A stretch of 63,623 nt of DNA, filler included, from Octopus bimaculoides (GCF_001194135.2; 5 parts of 4 records of this genome joined end to end with filler, not necessarily neighbours in it); one strand, 5' to 3'; positions 48,611 through 63,420 are shown, counted from the whole stretch's first letter. Translations and numbers: made by a program. The notes: generated by a model not told the origin, from the letters alone.

Positions 48611-51600
48611 ATAATTACATTACATGATTCTGAAATGAGTGAAATGAATGGCGTTTACAAATATCATCTTAAAAATAATCAAGGTGAAAATATAAGCAAT
48701 GTAAAAATACGAATAATTTCAGATGAAACAGAAAATAAGTTTCATCAAAGAGAAACTATTTGAGAATATTCACGCAAAAATATTTTGTTTCATTTTCCCC
48801 TTTACACGGCATTGCTGTCATCAACATTGCTTTCGCTGATATTTTTCAAAAGTGTGTCTAATTTAGGTAAATATACCCATTAATACCCATTAATTCTTTT
48901 AGAAAAGAACTCAGGGGAAAAAGAGAGTCTTTCACAAATGTCTTCATCACCAGTTAGATTAGCACTAAGGTAGAATATTTTCCTGTGTTTGCAGGAGTTT
49001 CGGTAAATATCAGCTGACAAGGGTTGACTTTTAGACAAAAAACTACCCAGATCTGGTTCACATTGTTCGGTGGGGAGATGAGGGGAATTGTCAGTAGAGT
49101 TCATCACGTTGGGTTAGTGATCGGAGATTATCACACTGTATGACTGCATCCATTTGTGAGAGAAGGGCTTAAGAAAAGAAAGGATTTCCAAGGTAAGTTT
49201 TTCTATATGCTAAATGAAATTAGATAGACTGCAGACAACAAATATGGTTACATAATTTACATTCATTTGTGGCGAAATGGGTTTGATGTTTGTGCAAAGT
49301 TTATTGAGATCCACATGGTGAGAGGATGAAACCTTGCCGCTAATTACGAAAGAGAAAACTATATTTGTTGGAATCTTTTGCTGTCTTGTGTCAGTAGTAG
49401 GCGAATGCCACCATTAAGAGACAGTGGGGAACTTTTTAGTTATCCAAATGGTCGCATACTAAAGCGTCGTTCATCCATTGTTTTTTTGTTTTTTTTAAGT
49501 AAGAAGAAAAGGGAATTAATAAAAATTTCATCTGTGTACAACAAAGCAGTCTCTCAACCTAAATATTGAAAGATGACCGAATGAAACTCAACGAGATCCT
49601 TTACGTTGCTATCACACTTATTTGCAGAAAGTCAGGATATAATTCTTAAAAATTATTTTCAGCATGTATCTTAATTGGGAAGGCAGATTAAAGTAAAAGA
49701 TAAAAAAGAAAATGAAACACTGCAGATTTTGAGTGTGTTGAAAGAGACTATAAGAAAGTAAGACCAAAATAAAATACTATATATTTAGAAAACATTATGT
49801 AACAACAAACGAAATTTTGCGGACAACAGAGAAGTTTCTGCAAGATATCTTAACATAAAACAGAAATTAGTTTACGTTTGAAAACACGTAAAATAATCTA
49901 TGAGAAAGAACATGAAAGTAATTTAAAATAAAACAGAATAGAAACAACAACTTAGTAGGATGTAGAAGAGCTTTGTGAAACGATACGGATTAAACTATAT
50001 AAAAATGGTCCATGGTTAGAACAGTATAGACTAAGTACAAAAAAAGGCTATAGTTAAAGATGGTAAGAGGCAATTCAATCGATTGTCCTTCTGGTTTAAA
50101 TATATTCCGTACTTGCAAACGTTTCCAATTACATGATTATTGAACAAAAGACAACATCGGCTTGCCAAGGAAAGAATAACATTTTATAACTAAATCTGAG
50201 AATTCAAAGAAAAGCAAAAAAAATAATAACTCATAATTACAGGTTGCTTATCGACCTGACACAAGACTTTCATGTCAATACTTTCTTACTGGATAAATAT
50301 TTACCTGGAAGACAACAGAATTTATCAGAGAAACAAAAAGTACGTTGGCAAATTTTCTATAAGTGTAAAGAACTGCAATTGATAAATAAAGCCATAACTG
50401 GAGTTAGAAAGAGTAGGAAAAAAGTAAAATCATCGCTTGAAAAGAATATCAAAAGTTATTCTATAGTATCTCTCATTCGTGGATAACTACGGTTCCAAGA
50501 GTGAGGTAGTAAAAAGAGAACTATTTTTATGCGCTGCATCATAACAAGATGCAGAACGACCATAAAAAAATCAAACAATTGATGGGTGAGTGCTTATCGC
50601 AACAGCTTTTGACTAATATACTAAACCTAACTGGTTATAAATACAACTGCCTTGAAATAGTCATATGATTTCATTTTCTTTATACTAACAACTTTTCGTA
50701 AAGAGTTACAGTCACTAATATAAGTTTTTGTTAGTATGAAAATAAAATTAAAGAAACTCAAAAAGAGGACAGTTTATAAGATCATAAGTTCGGATGAAGG
50801 ATTGAAATTAAGAAATTACGACAAAGGAAAACTCATAAGTATCTAGTAATAAATAAACAGGATAGAATATAGAAAGGTAAAATCAGACATTAGAATAAAT
50901 AAATAAACATTAATACACCAGCCAAAACAACAATAAAGTTTTGTTTTAACGTAATCGTAATAAATTGGAAGTTGAATGATCTTATAAGATTAGACAGAAA
51001 AAAAATAAATTATTGTCAAAATCTGAAAAGCAGACAATGCTATGTTATATTTATCACCGTAAAAAATAGAAGACTCAATAATTAGAAAATTACTATAAGA
51101 TTCTAACTGTATGCCAGTTAAGTTAGATATATATAAATATATATCAGAAAATATCAGTAGATTTATGGGAATAGTTTATAAATACGTAAATCTTCGAAAA
51201 TTATTCATTGTCTTCAATGAAACTGAACAAAAAACAAAAACGTCGGACAATAAAACAAAAGAAACAAGGCAAATCGTTGGAAGAAAACTTAAGCAATAGA
51301 AATAAACGACAAACACTGAAGATAAGCATAGGTTATCATAATTTAAATCACTAGATGTTGAAGCTGGAAGCTTTCCGATATTAGCAGTAGATGAATCATT
51401 ACCTAAAAAAACTTAGTACACGAGAAGAGAACTCAGATGACTGATACGATGAAAGAATTTACGTAATACTCTTCTTACTGCTACAAAAGCGATGATAAGA
51501 TTCTCCTCTTCAATCTAGGAATTGCAAAAAGTGAATATATGCCTCAAATTCCAGCTATTTTGCTTCCTCCTCTAGCTCTTTGCATGTTTACCACACGTTT

Positions 51601-52221
51601 CATTCCTTATATGATTAAAATAGATGTATGTGTAATGTTGTTTGTATATTTGTATTTCGTGTGCACGTGCGCTCGTGTGTGCGCAGTTTTCTATGTAATT
51701 GCATTTGCGTGTACATACATCTGCGCCTTTAAACGAGGACATATTTGTATGTGTGGAGGTATGCATTCATCGATGCGAATATAACTGTATATGGGGAAAT
51801 ATTCCTTTTTTTGTATAGCTTTACGCGTGTACATATATAAGTGCATGCATGCACTTATATACGCAACAGAAAAATAGCAAAATTTCTTATTTTGTCTAGA
51901 CTCGGTCAAGTGAGAATACAATATACACAGCAACATGAATAAATACGGAGATAAAATGATACCTAGTCACTAAGAATATAAATGGATAGCAGCTGTAATA
52001 TAAAATGAGCCAAATATACTCTAATGTATGTCAAACAGTATGTATGAAGCCACTGAACATTTACTGATAGAGAGACCCGATGCAAAATGTGTAATCAAAT
52101 TTATTATTAAATTCGTTTCAACTGAAATTTTATATTTTGCCTGAAGGCATTGTCAAACACTGTCCATAGATAAGCCGTGCCGTGAAAACAAGTTTAAAGC
52201 CCCACACACAGAAATTTTTAT

Positions 52222-52252
<31 letters not shown>

Positions 52253-52352
52253 NNNNNNNNNNNNNNNNNNNNNNNNNNNNNNNNNNNNNNNNNNNNTTAA
52301 TTAATTAANNNNNNNNNNNNNNNNNNNNNNNNNNNNNNNNNNNNNNNNNNNN
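52253..52352. other. Artificial assembly linker
   Basis: 44N-TTAATTAATTAA-44N. Confidence 0.97.
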
Positions 52353-52914
52353 TATATATATATACATACATACACATACATACTCATATAGACTCACATG
52401 TGAGTGTGTGTGTGTGTATGTGTGTGTTTACGAGTAAGTGGACAAACGAAAGTGGCACTCAGCACACTTGGTAGTATGTGGTGAGCCCCACTTTCATATA
52501 TTATTTAATAGTTTGATTTGGCTCCATGCTACTTACATGTTCATTGGCTTGTCTCACTAACTTAACTCGTCAAGTACGTAGAACCGAATGAAAAGGAAAC
52601 CAAAATGTCTTCTCGGTATAGAGCTGCTTATTGGTCAACGCAGGTCGCGTGGTTACCACTTTACACTTTCTAGGATTTTAAATTTGGAAGTGGATTTGGT
52701 AGTCGAAAACTAAAAGAAGCCTGTCGTTTATATAAATGTATATAAACCATCTATCTGCTGCTCTAACGACACTCTCCCCACATATTCATATTCATTGAAA
52801 CGCAGAGTTTTAATCCTCATGAATGAAGCAATACTAATTTGCAGCACCCAATGCACTCTATACTAATCATCTGGCTTCAGTTTTCTTTTTTCTGATCGGA
52901 GTTTTCTTTCTTTC

Positions 52915-53895
<981 letters not shown>

Positions 53896-56628
53896 GCTGC
53901 CTGTCAGTCTATCAATTCATTCCTACAGCTCTCAATCTGCTTTTCAGTCAATTAGGAGAAAACCTTTAAATAAATTATTGCTGATAAAGGCAAAGTAATG
54001 AACATTCAATGAACGCATTTATTCCTCTAATCACACTGATGGGAAGCTACAAATATAATAGTAGCGGAAGCAGTATTATACTTTATGATAAAACTATATC
54101 AAAAATATGGGAAAACTGCCAGACATTGCAATGACACTATTAACGTTTGAAACCAGTTATTATTGACTGTGGGGCATTTTCAATTTTGTCTTCTCAATTT
54201 AATTACTATTATAAAACTATATACCCATTAACTACTTTCCCTTTTACAAGACAGACCCAATTTCATTTGACATCCATAGCAGACGATGTGTCCGACCATT
54301 GTCAGATAACAAGCTAAGCGTTAGAAATGGGTTACACTGTGAAATTTGATTAGAATTGATTGATCTCCAGTGCACTGACAACAATTCTTTGTCAGAATGG
54401 ATTTTTATAGAAACTTTATATCATACAATCAGTTTGCTATCGACCTGATGATGAAAACAGATCATTTCCGATTGGAACTTACGACTATTTATTAATTTCA
54501 CCCGGCATAACGAATAACAATCGCAAATGCTGACAGCAATGGCGGTCATATTGATTTTATAAGCAAGACATTTGAACAATAAACCAATGATTTATTCAAC
54601 ATAATCACTCTTTTAATATTTGCTACTGAAATCTCGTGGGTGGTATATGTACCATATTGTAAAAATGCCCTGGTCTTGGCCTTCTATATTTAATTTAATT
54701 TTCGCAGTTTCTTTTAACATCTGTTGTAGGTCCTACCATTGATTGTTTTTTAATGCTTAAAATAGATATAAATTGTAGCGAAATTAAATTTATAGTATTT
54801 TGATATTCCACTTCGTGAAGTTTATCAGACTAACCGAGTTAAATAGATAATAGCTTTCTCATTGCGCTTGATTTTAAGTTCTTGGTTCATCTGTTTGTTA
54901 TACGCTCAGGCACATGAAAGATTATTTTTAACTGAAAGCAATCACTGAAATATATGACATGAAAAGTTACTATGGCCACAAAGTAAACATTCCAACTTCG
55001 TAAAATATAATTAGACAAAACGAGAATAATAACTGTATGAGTTCAATTTCGTCGTTTCACTTTATCATCCGAATGAATGATATCTAGTTGATCCAGACGA
55101 GATTTCAAGTCCCAGTATTGAACTAGAAACTGTAGTGTATTTCTTCTGGATGTAACTGTACAACTGATAATATACAAAATGATGATACAAGACGTTATAA
55201 AAATCGTTCCAGCATTGTACGTAGATTCAGAACTATCTACATGTAGTTAAACACAAATGACTGTGTCTGGTGTGTTATAAAGTTTTGAAACTTATATTGT
55301 CACCATGATTCGACTTTCACTAGTACTTAATTCACTTCACACAAACTCCCGAGACAGGTATCGACACCACCTATAGGCCTAATACATTTGTGCGAAAATA
55401 AGTAATCAATATTTAAAACAGTTTTAAACCAAACAACATATTGTAGTAGACGTGGTCCAGTTATGGAATAAATTCAGCAATACTAATAAAAACGAACAAA
55501 CAGAAAACAAAGGATAGCTACAACGGTATGATGATATTCCTTTTTGGCCTGCCAGTAAACTTCAGAAAAGATCTGTATTTTCTTTTGAATTTACAGAAAT
55601 ATTTTATAAGTTTATCGTGTAGTTTGTTGTTTTCTTCTCTACTCTCCTTATCTCTCATAGGCTCTTTTTATCTTCTTTTGCGCACGGAATGCATTTCTGT
55701 CTTAATTAAATATACACACGCAAACACAAATGTATACACACCATACAGAAACACGTATGACACCTTCAAGAAAAATGTACTGAACAATGGTAGATTAGTG
55801 CGATTGCAACTAATAATCTAAAATAAAAATCATTGTCTCCCCAACGGTGATATTTAGATTGTTAAGAGCAATAGGAAGTGATTGCAATAACAGTTTTATC
55901 TGGTTTTTACCTTTTCGGCTACCAAGGGAAATATTTTTCTTAAAATTAAATTTAATATATACACACCATTTAGCGTTACTTGTTGCAAACAATATGGTAA
56001 TTTCGTGTTCATGGCATTCAATATTGATTTCACTGTCGAGAACTTGCTATTTTAGATGTGTTAGGTTCATTTTTCTTTCGGTATTAATGTAAATGTATTT
56101 ATAGAATATGCAAATGTATGGCCGAATGGCTAAAACGTTTGTTTCTCAATCATAAGCATCTGTATATATTGCATTCTAGTTTCGGGCTGACCGAAACCTT
56201 AGGAGTAAGGATAAAGGAAAACTGTGTGGAAGGCTATCGGGTGGATTATGCTGTGTTACATATCACGTGAATCTGATACTTCCTGGGTATAACGTCGATG
56301 ATACACCAGTCTGAGAAATCCTCAGCAATTTGCTTGTTAATTTAACGAGCAGATAATTAAACTGATGGAAGACTCATTGCCAACAATTCTATACAGTTTG
56401 TCTACATCCCTCTATAAGACAACTAATATATTCAACACAAAGCCAACTCCACCCACCCAAACAGACCAAAACAAAACAAAACAAACACTTTACAGGTATG
56501 CAGAGATTTTTTTTAACTATATCGTTCTAGCAGTTACACGGCACCGTTGGGAGAAGTAGGAAATATGGGATAAAACATATGCGGATATTCGAGAGCAGTA
56601 ATGGATATCAGTAATGCAATCAATCAAT

Positions 56629-56671
<43 letters not shown>

Positions 56672-56710
56672 GAGTGTGTGTGTGTATATATGTATGTATA
56701 TAGGTAAATA

Positions 56711-57362
56711 CACAGACATGACAGAAGTAAATAGACACTCTTATAATCATTAAAATTTATTTCAATGTGAAATTATACATTCAAATTATTTATTAATTAT
56801 CATAACGTAAATATCTGATATTTAGTGTACATGCCCTTTGTATTTTTCAATGCAAGGATCTTATAACGCATGCTACTGCTCAGATGACGAATATTCTCTT
56901 GGAGAATTTCTTGTCAAGTTTCATGCTGTAATCTCAAAAGATCTGGCTTTGAGGAAGCTTTCTTGTTCTTTTTACAAAGTGTCCTGTCCATTAAGCCCCA
57001 GAGGTGTTTAATAGGGTTCAAATATGGCGACTGGCTTGGCCAAAGAAGTATTTTAATGCCATTATTTTCCAACCGACCTTGGGTCTTTTTATCCGTATGA
57101 CAAGGAGCCCCATTTTTCCATAAATAAAGAATCTTCTTTAATCATTTTCACCATTGGAGAAGATTGGAAGGAATCCTTTCTGAAATATGGACACATATTC
57201 ATCTGAGTTTATGTTTCCATCACACTCTACCAGCTCTGATTGACCATTGCTCCAAATTGCTCCCCAGACAATCACAGAATAGCTGTATTGTTTCATTGTT
57301 GGCAGAAATCTTTTCATGTCAAATTCTTGATCACAGAGTCTCCAGACCCACACTCGACCACT
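56711..57362 (-). mobile_element. Tc1-family transposon 3' half (decayed)
   Basis: PTMKQYSYSVIVWGAIWSNGQSELVECDGNINSDEYVSIFQKG..LLWPSQSPYLNPIKHLWG..KGMYTKY; probable TA|CAC.. terminus at ~56709. Confidence 0.85.
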
Positions 57363-57365
57363 GTA

Positions 57366-57823
57366 AAAGGGGAAGGCAAAAATCCTCTATGACTTTGGCT
57401 TCCAGACAGACAAGGTATTAGAACACCGAAGGCCGGATATAGTAAACTTTAGGAGGGACAAACAAGAGTGCCTAATAATTAACGTGGCAGTGCCTGGAGA
57501 TCAACATATTATCATGAAAGAAAGAGGAAAGATCGATAAATATGGAGACCTGAGAATTAAGATTATTAAAATGTGGCTGCTACGAGAGTCAAACATAAAG
57601 GTTATCCATATTGTCATCGGAGCATTGGGTTCAATACCAATTAATCTGAAAAAAGAAATATCTAGGTGTATTGCAAAAATCGGCATTACTTGGACTGCAC
57701 GCACTTTGCGTAAAGTACTGTCTGTCTGAGGTCCTTGTTGTGACCTGACAAACAGTACAAACCCCCGGTAGACACAATATCTTCAATCAACAACCTCACG
57801 TTATTTTATACTGTGCGACGTCT

Positions 57824-57899
<76 letters not shown>
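57366..57899 (+). mobile_element. 5'-truncated R4/Dong LINE 3' end with (TAA)n tail
   Basis: KILYDFGFQTDKVLEHRRPDIV..LIINVAVPGD..VIHIVIGALGSIP..TARTLRKVLSV*; the end TCTGTCTGAGGTCC is shared with the copy near 8720; TAA 57828-57899. Confidence 0.9.
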
Positions 57900-58160
57900 G
57901 GGACCTTTTAATTCAGGGACTTTTTGAGCGGAGCGGGCTACTAGACCAGAAAAAAATTCTAACTGGACCACACCTACAAGTTCATGCGCTGTTTGTCTTG
58001 ATATGAAATCACCATGTCGCACATACATGGTGGTGATGCATGTACCTGGTGTACTATTATTAGACGGGTAGTCAAGATGGGTATATTGGGCTTCGTACAT
58101 TTTACCCCAGTGTCACTTTGATGGCATGCACTGCGCTCTCACTCATAATACTAATAATAT
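57900..58160 (+). mobile_element. Truncated non-coding retroelement 3' module ending in AAT repeats
   Basis: Homologous to the 3' part of 58386-58853 (AGGGAC/AAGGAC..TTTTGAGCGG..TTTACCCCAGTGTCAC..GGCATGCACTG). Confidence 0.7.
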
Positions 58161-58385
58161 GGGGACAACTAGGATTTTGATTTTGACACTCGTACTTGGA
58201 TGTTGAATGTCTCCCACGATAATTGACAACGAAGTATCAAAGCTTATTATGTGCGGAAAGAGACCCTCTAAGACACTTGACAGTAGGTTGCTGTCCGCTC
58301 TCACAGAATCTATCAGAACAAACAAGACCGAACGTTCTGAGAAATAAAACAACAGTAGCAACAACAACAACAATAATAATAACAA

Positions 58386-58903
58386 CCCTGATGCAATACC
58401 AGGCACTGACTCTTATGGCTTCTGATCTTAACTGATTGGAAGTGTTATCATGTACATTGTTTTGTCTTGGTATAAAAGATGGGCTACAGCAAATATTCTG
58501 TTCAATACCACAGATTTGCTTGTCAGTTTTTGACCTCAACCAGTTGAGCATGTCCCTTAGTGGCTGATGATATGTGCATCTCTGATTATGAGCAGAAGTA
58601 GTGGGGGAGCATCATAGCCATGTGTTGAGAGGAATCCTTTGGAGTTTGGATATTTCACCTTTGGAAATATGGGTGCTTCGTTCAACATCATTAAACAACC
58701 CTTATTCAAGGACCTTTTGAGCGGGATGGCCTACTCAACCTGAAAATAAATTCTAACTGGGCCCCATCTGCATGGTCATGTGCTCTTTATCTTGATATAA
58801 GATCACCATTTTACCCCAGTGTCACCTTGGTGGCATGCACTGCTCTCCAGCTCAATAATAATAATAATAATGATAATAATAATTATAATAATAATAATAA
58901 TAA
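58386..58903 (+). mobile_element. Longer copy of the same 3' module with (AAT)n tail
   Basis: Shares its last ~150 bp with 57900-58160; AAT tract 58854-58903. Confidence 0.7.
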
Positions 58904-59431
58904 ATTTCAGCTAATGATGTTGATATTACATATCTCAACCACTTGTACTATGCATCCGCAAAAATCTCAACGGTTCTATGTGGTGAAAAGATTAGAAAAC
59001 GACAACACTCCCACAAAAAGCCTTCTTGGCAAGAGCGCATTCAACACCAAATTAAGCTACTTAGATCTGACATAGAATGTTTGAAAAACCTTAAATTTGA
59101 TAAGAGTATCAAACCTACAAAGACCCAAAAACTAAAGAAAAAAATATAATGTGAAAACCATAGTTGACATTGATACCACCATAGAAACCATCAAGCAAAA
59201 GGTATGTGCTAAAGCTGCCAGTATAGCAAGGTATGAAAAGCGTGTTAGATTCTTCAGAGATAATAACGTGTTCAAAAATAACCCCAAAAATTTCTACAGG
59301 AAGATAGGGAAAACACCAGTAACAATAAAGTCTGTCCCGTCAAAAGAAGAAGTGCAAGAATTTTGGAATAAAATCTGGGCAGAAGATAAAACACACAATG
59401 AAAAGGCCCCTTGGATTGATAGAATATCTAC
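58904..59431 (+). mobile_element. R4/Dong LINE ORF fragment (pre-RT region)
   Basis: KKPSWQERIQ..IETIKQKVCAKAASIARYEKR..NNVFKNNPKNFYRKI..EEVQEFWNKIW; homologous by eye to the 24430-25250 region; cut by the linker. Confidence 0.8.
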
Positions 59432-59531
59432 NNNNNNNNNNNNNNNNNNNNNNNNNNNNNNNNNNNNNNNNNNNNTTAATTAATTAANNNNNNNNNNNNN
59501 NNNNNNNNNNNNNNNNNNNNNNNNNNNNNNN
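59432..59531. other. Artificial assembly linker
   Basis: 44N-TTAATTAATTAA-44N. Confidence 0.97.
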
Positions 59532-59800
59532 CTACATTCAATACTTTCTTTCATGGTGCCATCCATTTTTATTTTATTTTATTTTATATTGTATATTGTA
59601 TATCATATTATATATTGTATATTCCATATTCTATACCCCACATTAGTTCTGCAGGAATATAAATAAAACATAAAAAACAGACAGTGTTGGAACTCTTTTA
59701 AGCAAAATAATATATTCCTCTATACACAATCATACAAAAAAAACCACCTTTTTTGTATTTATTTTTACTCGCATATATATATATATGTATATATATACAT

Positions 59801-60459
59801 ATCATCATCGTCGTCGTCGTCGTTTAACGTCTGCTTTCCCTGCTAGAATGGGCTGGACGATTTGACTGAGGACTGGTGGACCAGGAGGCAACACCAGGCT
59901 CCAGTCTGATTTGGCAAAGTTTCTACAGCTGATGCCCTTCCTAACGCCAACCACTCCGAGAGTGTTGTGGGTGCTTTTACGTGCCACCGGCACGAGGGCC
60001 AGTCAGGCGGGTACTGGCGACGGCCACGCTCAAAATGGTGTCTTTTATGTGCCACCTGCACAGGAGCCAGTCCATCGCCACTGGCAATGATCTCGATCGA
60101 ATGTCTTTTCACGTGTCACTGGCACAAGTGCCAGGAAGGCGACGTTGGTAACGATCAACGTCCACGCTCGAAATGGTGTATTTTACATGTCACCTGCACA
60201 GGAGCCAGTCCATTGGCACTGGCTACGATCTCACTCGAATGTCTTTACACGTGCGACTGGCACAAGTGCCAGGAAGGCGACGTTGGTAACGATCACGCTG
60301 GAGCTATTCACGTGCCACCGGCATGGAAGCCAGACAGCTGCTCTGACAACGATCACGCCCAGACGGTGCTCTTGGATTTTGGTCTCACTTGGCTTGCCGG
60401 GTCTTCTTATGCACAGCATATTTCCAAAGGTCACGGTCACAAGCCATTGCCTCGGTGAT
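59801..60459 (-). mobile_element. 5'-truncated RTE-clade LINE: last 24 codons, 3'UTR and (GAC/GAT)n tail
   Basis: Minus ITEAMACDRDLWKYAVHKKTRQAK* (RTE-type A.DR..W terminus; stop 60385-60387); the UTR ends ..GACGTTAAACGACGACGACGATGATG. Confidence 0.75.
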
Positions 60460-61312
60460 ACATACATATGTATATATATACATATATATGTATATATATA
60501 TATATACATATGTATATATATACATATGTGAATATATACATATGTGTGTGTGTGTGTGTGTGTGTGTGTATACAACTTCTGTCTCAAAAACAGTTTTGGT
60601 TTTATTTAATGTCACATTAAAGTTAGGGTGGCAGTAGTTGTCCATAAAAGGTAGTTCTTTGTTGCATGGATTTTTGGAAATCATGTAAGGCTTTTAAGTT
60701 TGGGAACCCCTGTATTAAAGTGGAAAGCATGGCAAACATTAACAGTGTTATTGCTTTTATTAAAATGAGTTAGATGTTACTTATTAAATGCATGTCAGCA
60801 TTTTAGATTTTCCATTTATTTCCTGACTTTTACTCCTACCAAGATTGGCTTTCATTCCTCTGGGGTCAATAAAATATATACTGAAAATGAAAGCTTGTAG
60901 TTTATGTCTTTGTATTTCTCTTTTATACTTAGTTTAAGCCTAAAATGAGAGGATTGGCAGAAAACAGTATATCATCTTAACACAGTCTTTTTAGTCAGGT
61001 ACTCTGCTAAATGATTCTCAAATGCTGAAAGGCTTCCATATTCTGAGTTAATATCATGCAGAGACTGACTTTGGCTTTCATCTCCTGCTGGTGAAATAAG
61101 CTACAGATAAGTGATTTATGACCTTGTATCAATGTAAGTAATCAATATATGTAAAAGAGATGCTTCTGAAAATATATTCTTAGTACCCACCTGCATGAAT
61201 TTTAGCAATATTTATTTTGTGCAGACTCTCTCAACAATAAAGTTACAACAACAATAATAATATATTTAACTTTCTTCTAATTGTGTTATCCATGTTGTAA
61301 TATTATCAATGT

Positions 61313-61610
61313 TAAAAGTGGTGAACTGGCAGAATCATTAGCAGACTGGGAAAAATGCTTTGTCTGTCTTTATGTTTTGAGTGGAAATTCCACCAAAGTT
61401 GACTCTACCGTTCATCCTTTAAGAATCAATAAAATAAGTAGCAGTTGATAATGAACTAGATAGAAATTACAGCATAAAAGGGTTTGGAAAAGCCTAGCTT
61501 AACCTCTCCCCTGAAACTTAACCTCTCCCCTGAAACTTACCCTCTCCCTCAAAACTTACCTTCTCCCCTGAAATTGCTGGCATTGTGCCAAATTTGAAAC
61601 CAATAGTATT
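61313..61610 (+). mobile_element. SINE family B with internal 4 x 19-bp tandem repeat
   Basis: TTAACCTCTCCCCTGAAAC-type units at 61499-61574. Confidence 0.7.
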
Positions 61611-62394
61611 GATGTTACTGAATTTATGCAGGGCTAAACATATAAAAGAACTATCAATTGAATAATGAGATTATTGGATTAATGGTTCATTTCTTACCTT
61701 GAAACTGTGATATCTTCATGGTTAGGGCACTTAACTGCTTCAGGCTCAGTCTGGGTAACTGTATAGAGACACCACATACTAGATTCATGTCACAACTGAA
61801 GCAGCAAGAACACTGTATAGTTAACAATTATCTCATTTGATGACAGTATGGAGTTCAAGTTTTTTATTTTGAGATAATGTGTATTTTATAGTGTATTCTC
61901 TGATGTAAAATCCAATTATTACTTTCTCGGCAGAATTATTACCATCCATTACTTGAAGATTAATCTTATAATTATATTTTGAACATTAAAAATGATTTTG
62001 TTGGAGAATATAATTTGTAAAATTGAAATTAGAAATTAATAAGGTTACATGAAAATTTATGTAACAATTTATGTGAATTTACAGAAGAAGTGTGAGAACA
62101 CAGCTCTGAGTAAATGTTATAAGTATGGTCCTATTTTGCAAATAACTTCAGATCTCAGATTGTTCATTAAGTAAATTTGAGGAGAATTGGAAGAAAGATT
62201 GTGATTTCATAGTAATTTTGATGTTGCCTTATGATCATTCTTACTTACTGAAAAACATCCAAAGATAGAAATAAAATAAAATTTATGATGACAAAGAACA
62301 TTCTATATATTTCCTTTTAGCATTCAATTCATGATCTTTTATGTTTCTAAAGAAGTTGCCACTCATTATCATCATCATCATAATTTTCAACATC

Positions 62395-62875
62395 ATCAAC
62401 ATCATTTAACATCTGTTCTTCAAACTGGTGTGGGTTGGATGCTTTGACAGGATCTGATGAGCCACAGGACTGTGTCAAGGTCCAGTGTCATCTTTAGCAT
62501 GGTTTCTATGGCTGGATGTCCTTCGTAACCCCAACCACTCTCCAGAGTGTATCAAGTGCGTTTTTCATGCCATCAGCACTAGTGAAGTTGCCAAGTAATT
62601 TGCAAAACAAGAAGAGAAAAAGACAAGACATTGGATTAAGTGAGGAAAATAACAAAACTCAGTCTTACATCATCATCATCATCGTTTAACATCCGCTTTC
62701 CATGCTAGCATGGGTTGGACGATCTGACTGAGGACTGGCAAACCAGATTGCTGCACCAGGCTCCAATCTGATCTGGCAGTTTCTACAGCTGGATGCCCTT
62801 CCTAATGCCAACCACTCCAAGAGTGTAGTGGGTGCTTTTATGTGCCATCGGCACGAGGCCCAGTCAGGCAATAAG
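62395..62875 (-). mobile_element. Two short copies of the RTE 3'UTR end (~62395-62590 and ~62669-62875)
   Basis: CATCATCATCGTTTAACATCCGCTTTCCATGCTAGCATGGGTTGG..TTTCTACAGCTGGATGCCCTTCCTAATGCCAACCACTCC, matching ~59810-59990. Confidence 0.8.
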
Positions 62876-62926
62876 TAATAATTTATATATTTAGTTGTAA
62901 CATGGCTAATAATTAATTTTTCTTAG

Positions 62927-63077
62927 TTATCTATGCATGTGAGCTACCAAACTCCATACCACTAATGTTTATCCAAGGGAAAGGCTGCCAGACTAATACA
63001 GCTTGGGCTAAAACAATGTTGTCACAGACATTGCTGCCAGGATACAAAAAACACAATACTGGAACAGATACCACAAG
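62927..63077 (+). CDS. Candidate internal coding exon (151 nt, phase 1 to phase 2), product unknown
   Basis: Acceptor AATTAATTTTTCTTAG|, donor AAG|GTATCA, stop-free frame xIYACELPNSIPLMFIQGKGCQTNTAWAKTMLSQTLLPGYKKHNTGTDTT. Confidence 0.5.
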
Positions 63078-63164
63078 GTATCATCATGCTTGACTCTCTG
63101 ACTGTTCTGCTCATCTACAAATCCTACTACAGTTATATTAAATATTTCAAGTGTGGTCTTATGA

Positions 63165-63196
<32 letters not shown>

Positions 63197-63420
63197 ATGC
63201 GTGTGTGTGTGTGTACATGTCTGTGTATGTGTGTGTGTATGCAAGAGTACATATACTGATTAAACTTTTACAAGGAAATGTTGACAGTGACTTCAAAGTC
63301 TTCGCTTGCTTTTCTTCATTGACTTATTTTTTCTTCTAAAAGTATAATTTTATAACAGGATTTCTATTAAAAAATACTGAATAATCTTTCAGGTTAATGT
63401 CAAATTCTTTTTATATACAT

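Noticed and set aside
58563-58660. CTGATGA as a further hammerhead core (also checked at ~1654, 36959, 51318, 54447, 62455)
   Set aside because: No correctly placed stem II plus GAAA and stem I/III pairing.
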